From IMG/VR virus record IMGVR_UViG_3300026549_000030, positions 160,001-224,000 of that record: a stretch of DNA of 64,000 bases; one strand, written 5' to 3'. Below, piece by piece: positions 9,708 through 19,670 of the stretch (within the stretch, counting starts at the first letter, position 1; every line of letters starts with the position of its first letter). A program made the translations under genes and the position numbers. This stretch comes from a virus. Taxonomy: Duplodnaviria; Caudoviricetes. The notes below the pieces were generated by a model. The model saw nothing but the letters and a program-made list of their open reading frames with translations. It was not told the origin of the DNA and did no database searches.

Positions 9708-10802
9708 ATGGCAACAAAGAAAGTAAGCACATTTAATTTACCGCGTCCCGATCAGATTAAGGCGTATCTTGATCAATATGTTATTGGACAGGAGGAGGCA
9801 AAAAAAGTTTTGTCGGTTGCGGTTTATAATCATTACAAGAAAATCAGCCACAACTCAATTTCAACCGAGATGGAGCTCGGAAAGTCCAATGTTATCCTCC
9901 TTGGAGACACCGGCTGCGGAAAGACGTTGTTGGTTAAGACAATAGCAAAACTCCTGAACGTACCCTGCTACATTCAGGACTGCACAAAGATTACGGCAAG
10001 CGGATATGTCGGTTCAGACGTTGAGGACTGTCTTGCTGGGCTTCTTCGTTCCTGCAACTACGATATGGACGCCGCACAGCTGGGTATTATCATGCTTGAC
10101 GAAGGCGATAAGATTGCAAAGAAAGAAGCGGGCCCCTCGATTACTCGCGACGTTTCTGGCGAGTGCGTTCAGCAGTCCCTTCTCAAAATTGTTGAGGGTG
10201 ATTTGGTTGGCGTACCCCCGGCTGGCGGCAGGAAACACCCCGAACAGCCACTTCTCTACGTCAATACAGAGAACATTCTTTTCATTCTCTCAGGCGCATT
10301 CGTTGGGCTTAACGAGATTATCGAGAAGCGTCTTGGCGGAGGAAGAATTGGCTTCGGACAGGAAGTCATTCAGCGCTCAGAGGAAGAATGCCTCAAGTAT
10401 GCAACCCCTCAGGATATCCGCGATTTCGGGTTCATTCCTGAATTTATCGGGAGGTTCCCTATTATTACAAACGTAGAGCCGCTCAGCGAGGAAAGTCTCG
10501 TAACCATTCTGAAAGAACCCAAGAACGCTCTCGTAAAACAGTACACAGCGCTTATGGAAATGGATAATGTCAAGTTGACGTTTACAGACGACGCGCTCTT
10601 CGAAATCGCAAAGGTTGCGAATAAACTCAAGACAGGTGCCCGCGGACTCCGTACCGTTATGGAAACCATTATGACGGATATAATGTACGAGTGCCCGGCA
10701 AAGGCAGCAAAATCTCGCGGAATGTATAAACTTACAATCGACAAAGATACGGTTGTAGCCAAAACAGAGTATAAATTTAAAAACTTAAAGGAGGCTTCAT
10801 AA
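9708..10802 (+). CDS. clpX: ClpX ATPase lacking the N-terminal zinc-binding domain
   Basis: YVIGQEEAKK, GDTGCGKT, GYVG, ITRDVSGECVQQ, GRKHP, IGF loop, TGARGLR. Confidence 0.93.
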   Translation: MATKKVSTFNLPRPDQIKAYLDQYVIGQEEAKKVLSVAVYNHYKKISHNSISTEMELGKSNVILLGDTGCGKTLLVKTIAKLLNVPCYIQDCTKITASGYVGSDVEDCLAGLLRSCNYDMDAAQLGIIMLDEGDKIAKKEAGPSITRDVSGECVQQSLLKIVEGDLVGVPPAGGRKHPEQPLLYVNTENILFILSGAFVGLNEIIEKRLGGGRIGFGQEVIQRSEEECLKYATPQDIRDFGFIPEFIGRFPIITNVEPLSEESLVTILKEPKNALVKQYTALMEMDNVKLTFTDDALFEIAKVANKLKTGARGLRTVMETIMTDIMYECPAKAAKSRGMYKLTIDKDTVVAKTEYKFKNLKEAS

Positions 10803-11242
10803 TGAGCAGGCAAGATAAATTCACCGAATTCGTTTCATTCGAAATAGCCGAGAGGCTTAACAATGCCATATATCCCGACGAGGGTTTCGCATATGCGGCG
10901 GAGGACTTGGAATGCACCAACGATCACTTTACGGGTTCCGTGAAGCATAAAAAGGGTGAGTTTTTCGACGCAGAGGGTGACTATGTTCATGGAAAGCACT
11001 ACTGGGCGCCGACTTACGGTGATGTGCTTGACTATTTATCAAGGAAATTCGGAGTTCACGTAGAATTTACGCCTTGGTTCACGTACGCCCTTGAGGGGCA
11101 CACAGCTTACACTTACAGGGTGTTCAAGGTAAACGACGAAACCGCAAAAATGGACTTGCTCTTCGAATCTGGCGAAGGAATAGGAAGTTTCGGGCTTTGT
11201 ATCAAAGAGATAGTCGATAAACTTATTAATACCGTAAAATAA
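10802..11242 (+). CDS. Hypothetical protein
   Basis: 146 aa ORF overlapping the clpX stop. Confidence 0.7.
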   Translation: MSRQDKFTEFVSFEIAERLNNAIYPDEGFAYAAEDLECTNDHFTGSVKHKKGEFFDAEGDYVHGKHYWAPTYGDVLDYLSRKFGVHVEFTPWFTYALEGHTAYTYRVFKVNDETAKMDLLFESGEGIGSFGLCIKEIVDKLINTVK

Positions 11243-11244
11243 TT

Positions 11245-11424
11245 ATGTCATTTCCATTTTGGCCCATAGTGAATTTGTGCGTTGCAAACAGATTGTTCTC
11301 AGACGACGAAGAAAGTAAATGCTTTACCTGCAGACATTATCGCGGAAAGGGAAATTGCAAAGAAGGGCATTACGATGCCGGTGGAGATAAGAGTTATTGC
11401 TATGATTACGATGAACGGGATTAA
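11245..11424 (+). CDS. Small Cys-rich hypothetical protein (59 aa)
   Basis: Hand-translated, CxxC...C...C; followed by terminator hairpin at about 11428-11455. Confidence 0.55.
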   Translation: MSFPFWPIVNLCVANRLFSDDEESKCFTCRHYRGKGNCKEGHYDAGGDKSYCYDYDERD

Positions 11425-11499
11425 AGACGCCGTAGGTTAACCTACGGCTTTTTTATTGACTATAACAATATTTTTCCGTATTTTTAAATAAAAAAAGAT

Positions 11500-11763
11500 A
11501 TGGCAAAGAAAGAGGAAACAATTGACAGCAAATACAAAAATCTATCTGGAAAAACATTAAAGGAGCTTTTAACCTTAAAGGATGGTTTAACATACTTGAT
11601 TCAATATTGGGATAACGTTGCACAGGCAACAAGCGGAAACTATCAATATGGTGTTAAGGAATCATATGAGAATGCTAAGTTAATGTCTTCAAAATATAAT
11701 TTAGCATTGCTAAATGCCATTTCAGCTATTGAGGAGAAAGTTAATGAAGAAATTTTTGGTTAA
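11500..11763 (+). CDS. Hypothetical protein
   Basis: 87 aa ORF after TTG-N20-TATTTTTA promoter-like site. Confidence 0.7.
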   Translation: MAKKEETIDSKYKNLSGKTLKELLTLKDGLTYLIQYWDNVAQATSGNYQYGVKESYENAKLMSSKYNLALLNAISAIEEKVNEEIFG

Positions 11764-12736
11764 ACTACGCATATTCCTCGAATCGCTTGCTTGGGGAATG
11801 AAGGGCTCGGATAAGCTGATATCGACTTCCAACAAAGAAAATGATGGAGGTGATATCGGCGGCATTGAGCAGCACAAGGAAACACAGAGCGTGTATGCGG
11901 ATCTTCTTCGTGGAGAGGTAACGCAGGAAGTGAAGGAGTTCCGCCATGAAATGTACTATGCCGAGAGAAAATCGCACGATTACGTTTACGGTGGCGGCGG
12001 ACACGCCGTTAAGAGAAATAAGATATTCGACTACCAAGGTAACGTCGAGCGAAGCGACGGACTTAAGATACAAATCGTTCAAGACAATAGGGAAGATATG
12101 TCTTCTCTCATTGAAAACGGAATTTATTCTCAGGGAGAAGAATTCGAGCTATCAGAGAAGGCCAAGGGTGATTTGAAGGAAAAGGATAAGAGAGAATTCA
12201 CAATTAAGATTGAACGAGACTTCTTCCCTTCATTCAGATTGGAACAGTACGCAACAAAAATTGTTGTCAAGAAAGCGGACGATACCAACGTAATTCTCGA
12301 TATCTATACTTGGAGCGACTTACGTCAGTTTGACAACAGACACAAGCTTTTCCTATCAGGAATTAAGAAGATTATAGGGGGTGACACGCGTTCCGATATT
12401 ATAGACTTTGATAACCTATCATTCGTAACATACAACGCCTACGGCGCCGACGATTTAAGGCTGTACGAATACAACAATGTACATTTCATTGAGATTATCC
12501 CGTTTGACGGCAACTACGTCCTTAGGTTCAGCGCGAGTATTGTGAAAGACGGAGAGGACTTGATACAGGAATTTTACAACGAAATCGCCGCAGAGAAGTC
12601 GAAAAATCATGAGGCAAGGAAGAATGCGCCAGAAATTAGCATTGAATCTGTAATGGAAGCACAGGCAGCAGAAAATTATGATTTCGACCAGGCGAAAGAA
12701 TTAATGGAAGAATTAAAGGACGATGAAGAAAAGTGA
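11744..12736 (+). CDS. Hypothetical protein
   Basis: Long ORF; start trimmed to ATG 11744. Confidence 0.75.
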   Translation: MKKFLVKLRIFLESLAWGMKGSDKLISTSNKENDGGDIGGIEQHKETQSVYADLLRGEVTQEVKEFRHEMYYAERKSHDYVYGGGGHAVKRNKIFDYQGNVERSDGLKIQIVQDNREDMSSLIENGIYSQGEEFELSEKAKGDLKEKDKREFTIKIERDFFPSFRLEQYATKIVVKKADDTNVILDIYTWSDLRQFDNRHKLFLSGIKKIIGGDTRSDIIDFDNLSFVTYNAYGADDLRLYEYNNVHFIEIIPFDGNYVLRFSASIVKDGEDLIQEFYNEIAAEKSKNHEARKNAPEISIESVMEAQAAENYDFDQAKELMEELKDDEEK

Positions 12737-13067
12737 ACCAACATCGCTATGCGATATGCTTCATTTCGATAGAGGTGAAGGAAAACGGGTTAAAGTAAGG
12801 GATTGCGAGTTACTTAACTCGTTTTTCTTTAGCAGGAACGATTATTACCTTCTAAGGAAGAAAAGGATATATTATATCTGTATTCCCGTTGACGGCACAC
12901 CAGTTCTTGTGTGGTGCCACCCAGAAGTAAAGAACGGAGAAACATTCCTCCCGAATGAGGTTATCAGTATGTTCAGAAATGAATATATGAAGAAGGGGAT
13001 TACACAGAAAGACATAGACGAATTTATCAACGACCCAGTTGGGTACGAAAAAAAGCGACTCAAATAA
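12723..13067 (+). CDS. Hypothetical protein
   Basis: 114 aa overlapping ORF in operon. Confidence 0.65.
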   Translation: MKKSEPTSLCDMLHFDRGEGKRVKVRDCELLNSFFFSRNDYYLLRKKRIYYICIPVDGTPVLVWCHPEVKNGETFLPNEVISMFRNEYMKKGITQKDIDEFINDPVGYEKKRLK

Positions 13068-13135
13068 GTCGCATTATCCCCCATAGTTGCCACAAAGTAC
13101 AACTTAAACAGTCACAAATTTTCTTTCAAAGTGAC

Positions 13136-13429
13136 TTAGATTGTCACGAATAAAAGTACCCACATGCAACCCAACACCGCAGCCAACAGTCCGTCGCGAA
13201 ACTCTCTTGTTTTTACGAGCTCCTTTGGCGTTTGCTTGGCGAGCCTACCGACAAAATAAAACATCACGGTTACGAACGGACTGAGTATTGCACTCACAGC
13301 CAAAGATAAATGAACCGTCAATGCGAGTAGGCTCAGAACGGCGAAAACCATGCCGGCGTAAAAGCTTAATGTTTGGGTTGCACAAAAATACTTGAATCGT
13401 TCAGCCAACGAATTGATTTGGATTTTCAT
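13136..13429 (-). CDS. Small membrane protein (about 3 TM segments)
   Basis: Hydrophobic stretches; TATTTAT upstream (13453-13459). Confidence 0.6.
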   Translation of the reverse strand: MKIQINSLAERFKYFCATQTLSFYAGMVFAVLSLLALTVHLSLAVSAILSPFVTVMFYFVGRLAKQTPKELVKTREFRDGLLAAVLGCMWVLLFVTI

Positions 13430-13478
13430 GCAGTTTCTTCCACGCTTTTATTATAAATAGAAAAATTAAGAAAAAAAA

Positions 13479-13823
13479 TTAATTTTCCTTTTTTTCTTTT
13501 TCACTCTTAACTCGTTTATAATATTCAAGTTGGGCGTTAAGTTGTGCCAAGTCAGTATCCCCGACTTTTTCGTATTCGCACTTTCCCTTGATAAATTTGT
13601 TCAAAGCCTTTCCGTTAGAACCGTCAAGTCCGCCCGCCATGAACATAAGGTAATCGTTCACGTTAACGTTCTTATAGACGTACGTTGCGCCGTTCTTAAA
13701 AACAACCCTGAGAACCTTCAGTTCGTCAACCTTGTCCTCACACTCAGAATAAACAACATTTGAGGAATCGTACCAAGCGTGATCAACACGCGCTTCCTCG
13801 TCATAGTACCTAAAAATTATCAT
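13479..13823 (-). CDS. KTSC-domain protein
   Basis: SSNV...LRVVFKNGATYVYKNV...SNGKALNKFIKG. Confidence 0.75.
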   Translation of the reverse strand: MIIFRYYDEEARVDHAWYDSSNVVYSECEDKVDELKVLRVVFKNGATYVYKNVNVNDYLMFMAGGLDGSNGKALNKFIKGKCEYEKVGDTDLAQLNAQLEYYKRVKSEKEKKEN

Positions 13824-13880
13824 ATCAAAAGTTGATTTACGAATAAATTTTAGTATTTTTATTGAAAAAAGCAACAGTAC

Positions 13881-16583
13881 ATGGCAACACAGCCAATTAA
13901 AAACACATCCAATTACGAAAAATATTTCTCAAACGAGATAAAGAAACTTCTTAATGAGGTTGTATTAAATGTTGCTCAGGAAACTATTCCCGCAAATTCG
14001 ATTGCGCCAGAAATATTTTTCATAGCCGCACTCGGCTACCCTGATTGCATGCTATATAAGGCAGTTAACGGATATCTTACGACGTTAAAAATCGACGAGA
14101 TATACGACAAGCTCGTATTGTATGCACAGGATAAATATGCGCTTGCTTCTGCGCGTCCGAACAGGATAATCGACTATTCACCTGAAATGAGAACGCTGTT
14201 CCAAAAGGCTAACGCCGAGCGCTCAGAATTAAACGATAAACTAATCACGTCAGACCATGTTCTGCTCGCGGTTCTAAATGAGAAAACAAAAGCATACGAC
14301 AAGATTCAAGAATTATTTGAAAGAGAACGTCTGACTTATAATATCGCCAAGGACCTTTCACGGAAGCTACACACCACGACAGATATAATTGCTTCAAACG
14401 CAGAGGAAGAAGACGGTGCGGAAGATATTCCAGATGCATTCAAGGCAATGCTTAACAACTACGACAGATATATAAGTGGTGTTGACACCGCAGCCGACGA
14501 CTCTGGTGGTTTAGACTCGATAACGATTGTCGGAAATCTGCCAAGTGGAGTAGATCCTGAATCCTTCATGGAAGAATTAAAGAACAGCCTCAATGGAGTA
14601 ATTGCGAACAACGCGAAGAAGGAAACGAAGAAGAATGCAAATGGTTGGACGAAAGCGCCATCATTTTCCAAGAGTCTAAATGAAGCGGCAGACAAGGGAC
14701 TCATTGATACAATTATCGGGCGGCAGAAGGAAATCGACTTAATGGCGAAGATATTCGGCAGAAGAAAATGTAACAACGTTCTTTTAGTGGGAGAACCTGG
14801 CGTCGGCAAGACTGCAATTGTTGAAGGACTTGCGAGACAAATTGTTGACGGCAACTCACCCGCAAGCCTTAAGAACTGCAAGATATTCGAACTCAACTAT
14901 TCCGATATGATGGCGGGAACGCAATTCAGGGGAGTATTTGAGGACAGACTTTCTTCATTCATAAAGGAAATAAATAAAATTGAGAACGCAATTCTTTTCA
15001 TAGATAACGTTCACAATATATTTGCAGAAAGGCAAAGAAATGATTATGATTTCTCCGGCATTCTTTCAACACTTCTTTCGGAGGCGAACGTTAAGGTTGT
15101 AGCGACGACAACGCCAAAGGGATACCACACAACATTTGAGGGCGACCCTGAGTTAAGACGTAAATTCCAGAAGGTTACTGTTGACGCTCCGTCTATCGAC
15201 GAGAGCATAGAAATCCTTATGGCTAATAAGGAATATTATGAACAATATCACGGTGTCACATACTCAGACGAGGCTATCAAAGCTTGCGTAACGCTCTCAA
15301 GCCGATACATTACCGACAGAAACCTTCCTTCCTCAGCAATGGATATTATGGACGAAGCCGGCTCAAGTAAAAAGAACGGACTTATCGAACCTGAGGGAAT
15401 CAGGAAGAAACGCAACGCGATTGCTCTGTTCAAACGCGAGAAAGAAAACTTCATTAAGGAAGATAAAATCAAAGAAGCCACAGACGCAAACAACAAGATT
15501 GAAGGGCTGAAACTTGAAATAGCGAAGGAAATGGATACGTATTCCAATCCTATGAAGAAAAGGGACGACACTGTTTCCGTTAACGATATCTATAAGGCAA
15601 TATCAGAGCAAACCAATATTCCCCTTCAAAAGCTTGATGTATCCGAGAAGAAAGCTCTTTCAAATATTGACAAGATATTGAAGAAATCTATTATCGGACA
15701 GGACGAAGCGATTGATGTGGTGTCAAGGGCTATCAAGAGAAACAAGGTTGGACTCACGCCCGCAAACCGTCCGATATTCAGTTGTATCTGCATTGGTAGC
15801 ACAGGAACGGGTAAAACCCTTATGGCAAAGAAACTCGCTCAGGAAATATTCGGCGACGAGAAATACCTTGTTCGTTTTGATATGTCGGAATATTCAGACG
15901 AAACTGCCGTGAACAAACTTATCGGTGCTTCAGCAGGATATGTCGGATATCACGAGGGAGGATTGCTCACAGAGGCTATTAAGAATAAGAAGCACGCCGT
16001 TCTGCTCATAGACGAAATCGAGAAAGCCAACGAGAAAATTTATAATCTGTTCCTTCAGGTACTCGACGAAGGTTTTCTTACTGACAACACAGGGCAAAAG
16101 GTTGATTTCAGAAACACGATTCTGATAATGACTTCGAACATTGGCGCCAAGAGAGCCGCTACGGAAAAGGGTATTGGCTTCGCGGTTGACGATAATGCAA
16201 ATAAGAAGGATATCATTGAGAAGGAACTCAAGAATAAATTTCCTCCTGAATTTATTAACAGAATTGACGAAATTGCATATTTCAACAACTTGACAGACGA
16301 TAATCTTAGAGATATTATCAGGCTCGAGCTTAATAAACTCAAGGCAAAGATTGAATCGCTCGGGCACACGTTCGATTATGACGACGGTTCCGTTGAATAT
16401 GTCTTTGAGAAAATTTCGAAGCAGAAGGAATACGGCGCCCGTCCAATCCTCAGGGCAATACAGTCAGAGTTCGAGAATAAAATAACAGACTTGCTTATCG
16501 ACAACGAATTCACAAATCACCACTTCAACTCTTTCATTGAATATGAAGAGGGAGGAAACGGAAAACGACTGATTATAAACTAA
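13881..16583 (+). CDS. ClpC/ClpB-family double AAA+ chaperone
   Basis: Clp-N region, GEPGVGKT, AGTQFRGVFE, GSTGTGKT, RFDMSEY, GYVG, DEIEKA, YGARP. Confidence 0.92.
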   Translation: MATQPIKNTSNYEKYFSNEIKKLLNEVVLNVAQETIPANSIAPEIFFIAALGYPDCMLYKAVNGYLTTLKIDEIYDKLVLYAQDKYALASARPNRIIDYSPEMRTLFQKANAERSELNDKLITSDHVLLAVLNEKTKAYDKIQELFERERLTYNIAKDLSRKLHTTTDIIASNAEEEDGAEDIPDAFKAMLNNYDRYISGVDTAADDSGGLDSITIVGNLPSGVDPESFMEELKNSLNGVIANNAKKETKKNANGWTKAPSFSKSLNEAADKGLIDTIIGRQKEIDLMAKIFGRRKCNNVLLVGEPGVGKTAIVEGLARQIVDGNSPASLKNCKIFELNYSDMMAGTQFRGVFEDRLSSFIKEINKIENAILFIDNVHNIFAERQRNDYDFSGILSTLLSEANVKVVATTTPKGYHTTFEGDPELRRKFQKVTVDAPSIDESIEILMANKEYYEQYHGVTYSDEAIKACVTLSSRYITDRNLPSSAMDIMDEAGSSKKNGLIEPEGIRKKRNAIALFKREKENFIKEDKIKEATDANNKIEGLKLEIAKEMDTYSNPMKKRDDTVSVNDIYKAISEQTNIPLQKLDVSEKKALSNIDKILKKSIIGQDEAIDVVSRAIKRNKVGLTPANRPIFSCICIGSTGTGKTLMAKKLAQEIFGDEKYLVRFDMSEYSDETAVNKLIGASAGYVGYHEGGLLTEAIKNKKHAVLLIDEIEKANEKIYNLFLQVLDEGFLTDNTGQKVDFRNTILIMTSNIGAKRAATEKGIGFAVDDNANKKDIIEKELKNKFPPEFINRIDEIAYFNNLTDDNLRDIIRLELNKLKAKIESLGHTFDYDDGSVEYVFEKISKQKEYGARPILRAIQSEFENKITDLLIDNEFTNHHFNSFIEYEEGGNGKRLIIN

Positions 16584-16616
16584 AAAAAACGCGTCCTTAC
16601 GGGCGCGTTCTTTTTA
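16583..16616. terminator. Bidirectional intrinsic terminator
   Basis: A-run, ACGCGTCC/GGGCGCGT stem, T-rich tail between convergent genes. Confidence 0.75.
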
Positions 16617-17252
16617 ATATTCTATGATTACCGACTTATGATCGGAAACATCATAATCGCTTGCAATCTTATAAGAGGAAGGAAGTCCCCAAATGTTGTA
16701 AACGATAAAGTGGTCCAGTTCTCCGTGCTGATACTCCTTCGTGTAATTTTGGAAAGTATCTTTCTTTTCAATTCCGAGAGCCTCACGAACGGACGTTCCC
16801 ACCAACCCATTCCTTCTTGCGTCTTCAAGTTCTGCATTGAAATCTCCACAAAGAATGCATTTGTGGCATTTCATATCCTCAGTCACGCCCGTGAACGTTC
16901 TTGCGGCAATATTATCCTCACACCTTGTGTGAATGTTGAATAAGCGAAACTCCGGATATTTCGGAATGGTAATATCTACATATTCGTAGAAAATTTTGAA
17001 CTTGTGGTTTCTTGTTTTTATGCCATTGTTCTTTTTAATGAAAATTGAGTGATGCGCTGAAATTCCTACACGCTTGTATCCTGACGGAATGTAGCAAGTT
17101 GCCGGAAACATCATTTCCTGAAAGCAGATAACATCGGGATTTTCCCTACTGATTAGCTCCTCCATCCGCGCCATTCTCTTCTTCCAAAACGTATTGGCGG
17201 ATGAATCCGTGTCCCTCGTCCAAATACGAACGTTAAATGTCATTATTTTCAT
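16614..17252 (-). CDS. Endonuclease/exonuclease/phosphatase family protein
   Basis: MTFNVR, DVICFQE, LCGDFN, LDH, SDH. Confidence 0.9.
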   Translation of the reverse strand: MKIMTFNVRIWTRDTDSSANTFWKKRMARMEELISRENPDVICFQEMMFPATCYIPSGYKRVGISAHHSIFIKKNNGIKTRNHKFKIFYEYVDITIPKYPEFRLFNIHTRCEDNIAARTFTGVTEDMKCHKCILCGDFNAELEDARRNGLVGTSVREALGIEKKDTFQNYTKEYQHGELDHFIVYNIWGLPSSYKIASDYDVSDHKSVIIEY

Positions 17253-17255
17253 AAG

Positions 17256-19610
17256 TTATTTTTTGTTAGCAATTTCTCGAAGAATATCCTTTGCGTAATC
17301 CTCGTTACGTTTTTCTCGTAAAAATTGTCGGCACAAAGCCTTAAACTGTGCTTCGCTAAGATAAATTTTCCTTCCCGTATTTTTAGCAACCAAGTCCCTT
17401 GCCTTAGCTTTAATCTTATCAACAGTTTTGTTATCGCCCATTTCCTTATTAACTTTATATTTGTTTCTTAATGATTGTGAATATCCTGCTCTTTCAGAGG
17501 ATTGCCATCCGTTATACGGTGCACTTACAGCCTTTTTTTCGTTGCCGTTAAATGCGTCGGGCGTTTTGTTGTGGTCTCCCGTATCTCCTATTCCACTCAA
17601 ATATCTGGCAATCTTTCTATCGCCAGAATGGCGGTTAAGATTGGAATCCTTGCGAAGCGCAATAGCCATTCCATCATTGAATAGAATAGCATTGTCCGAG
17701 TCATTACTGTAAGGAGTGTCCTCAAATGGCTCACCGACAATCATATCGTCCGTAATTTCAGACGGATTTACGCTGTGTCCATATATGAATGCGCAAGGAA
17801 ACGTCCTAACACCGCCATTGTTTGAAATCTTTATTCCACCGTGTTCTTTCGCTAATTTAGCAAGTATGTTAGATGAAAAATCTTCGTTAATCATATCTTT
17901 ATTCCAGTTTTCAATATTTGATGGATCCCTTCTTTTCTTCAAATTTTTCAATGCTTTCCCAACATTAAAGCTTTCCCTTACAAACGGTACCGTCCCGTAA
18001 TATTTTCCGCATTTATCACAGATAAATACAGGTTCTCCATGTATTTGTACGCAAACATTTCCGCCGCATTCGCACTTCTCGGGAATTTCATTTCCCTCAT
18101 CGTTTTTTCTCCTTTTTGATTCCTGTAATGAGCCACCACCAGTAACTGTGCTGCAACTTTTCGAGCCGCCTTCTATGAAAGCAGAGGCAAGATTACCTCG
18201 GCAGTGCCCAACGTCCAACGCCCTGTCTATAAGCATAAGAATATCACCGGGCGACATATTTTCAGAAAACTCCTTTATAATGCTGTAAAGCGGAGTAAGC
18301 CCATAGTCACTCCAACCGTCACTTCCGTCAGGAAGCTTAGACCAATCATAAAAGCCCATGCTATCAAGCAGCTTCCATCCGTCCGAGTATCCCTCAACCT
18401 CCTTTCCGAGGACATACTCAACGTCTTCAGAAGGAAAATATGAACTGTGCCCCGCAAATTCGGTTATATATGAAATTGAAAGTGTGTTGTGGATTACAAT
18501 GTCAAACCATGACAAGACGGTATTCAACGGAATTCTTGCCATAGCAGGCTCTTGAAGAAATCTTTCACGGATATTCCTGTACTGCTCGAATGGAATAAGA
18601 TTCCACCTCTTCTGTGTAATCCCGTTTTCTTTGTCCCTGACAAATTCGCTAAGCAAATCGGCAGGCGAATAATCTTCCATCGCGCTATATAGACGGTCAG
18701 AAACCCCCTCATTAAGTCTATGTATTCTTGCAACCTGCCCCTCTTCAACATTTATCCACGCAATATCAGATGTTGGAAGCGTCTCTGAGAAAATTTTCCC
18801 TCCGCCTGCGTAATCCTTCGCGCACATTTTTGACGTTGTTATGAAATTTCCGTCAGTAATCGGCTTAGAACTGTAAACGGTTATCCTTCCAGTCTTTAAC
18901 GCGTCTTCGAGAACGGAGTTGGGAGTATCAGGGTAAGAGGAATATGTTCCGTATTCGTCAAAATCAGCTTTAGCCTCAGCCATTGCTTCCTCAAATGTCT
19001 TTATATCGTCAACCTTTCGTATCCCCGTATGATAATCGTCAAGCATTGGATTGGTATCATTAATGATACTAAGCTGCGTTTCCTTGTTCTCCGTGAGGCG
19101 GACGTACTTGGCAAATGGTTTTCTTTGGCGATACCCGTCATACAGCCATTTTTTGAATTTATCCAAATTAACTTCCGTTATGTATTTGAATCCTTTCCAA
19201 TCTTTTTCGTAATTAGAAAGATACGCTGCTTTTGCCTCTTCTGCCGTATTGAATCCGAGCATAACCTTCGTCTCGTCAAATTCATTTCCGTTGAACTGAT
19301 CAATAGGAAATACCTTTTCAGAGTTAAGGTTCGGTCCAAGGAAAACATCTATCGCGTCGCCATCCTTTCCAACCGTCTTGGTGAAATACCCATAATCGTT
19401 GTGCATAAGTGTTTTCCACTCGTGCCCGTTCTTATCTTTTCCGCGACGATAGCTCCCCTTCGGATTCTCAATTGTAATCTCAAATCCGAGAACACGGAAG
19501 TGCCCCTTCTTATAATTTCCAGCACGAATTTGTCCGAGTGTTGGATTTGTATCAACACTTCCGCGTGCAAGCTTTATATCATCTGTTATTGTTTCGTTTA
19601 TTTTTTGCAT
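17256..19610 (-). CDS. Multidomain polyvalent-type protein: InPase-like domain, possible ART-like domain, Zn-ribbon, C-terminal tag
   Basis: AGNYKKGH..ITIENPKGS..YGY..GKDGDAIDVF; CECGG..CDKCG; RKIYLSEAQFKALCRQFLRE. Confidence 0.7.
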   Translation of the reverse strand: MQKINETITDDIKLARGSVDTNPTLGQIRAGNYKKGHFRVLGFEITIENPKGSYRRGKDKNGHEWKTLMHNDYGYFTKTVGKDGDAIDVFLGPNLNSEKVFPIDQFNGNEFDETKVMLGFNTAEEAKAAYLSNYEKDWKGFKYITEVNLDKFKKWLYDGYRQRKPFAKYVRLTENKETQLSIINDTNPMLDDYHTGIRKVDDIKTFEEAMAEAKADFDEYGTYSSYPDTPNSVLEDALKTGRITVYSSKPITDGNFITTSKMCAKDYAGGGKIFSETLPTSDIAWINVEEGQVARIHRLNEGVSDRLYSAMEDYSPADLLSEFVRDKENGITQKRWNLIPFEQYRNIRERFLQEPAMARIPLNTVLSWFDIVIHNTLSISYITEFAGHSSYFPSEDVEYVLGKEVEGYSDGWKLLDSMGFYDWSKLPDGSDGWSDYGLTPLYSIIKEFSENMSPGDILMLIDRALDVGHCRGNLASAFIEGGSKSCSTVTGGGSLQESKRRKNDEGNEIPEKCECGGNVCVQIHGEPVFICDKCGKYYGTVPFVRESFNVGKALKNLKKRRDPSNIENWNKDMINEDFSSNILAKLAKEHGGIKISNNGGVRTFPCAFIYGHSVNPSEITDDMIVGEPFEDTPYSNDSDNAILFNDGMAIALRKDSNLNRHSGDRKIARYLSGIGDTGDHNKTPDAFNGNEKKAVSAPYNGWQSSERAGYSQSLRNKYKVNKEMGDNKTVDKIKAKARDLVAKNTGRKIYLSEAQFKALCRQFLREKRNEDYAKDILREIANKK

Positions 19611-19627
19611 TTTTATGCCGTCAAATA

Positions 19628-19639
19628 TATTTATAAATA
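19628..19639. promoter_or_regulatory. Palindromic TATTTATAAATA, putative bidirectional late promoter
   Basis: Lies between divergent genes that both carry the shared tag. Confidence 0.6.
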
Positions 19640-19670
19640 GTGTTTTATACATTAAAAATAGGCTTTTATA

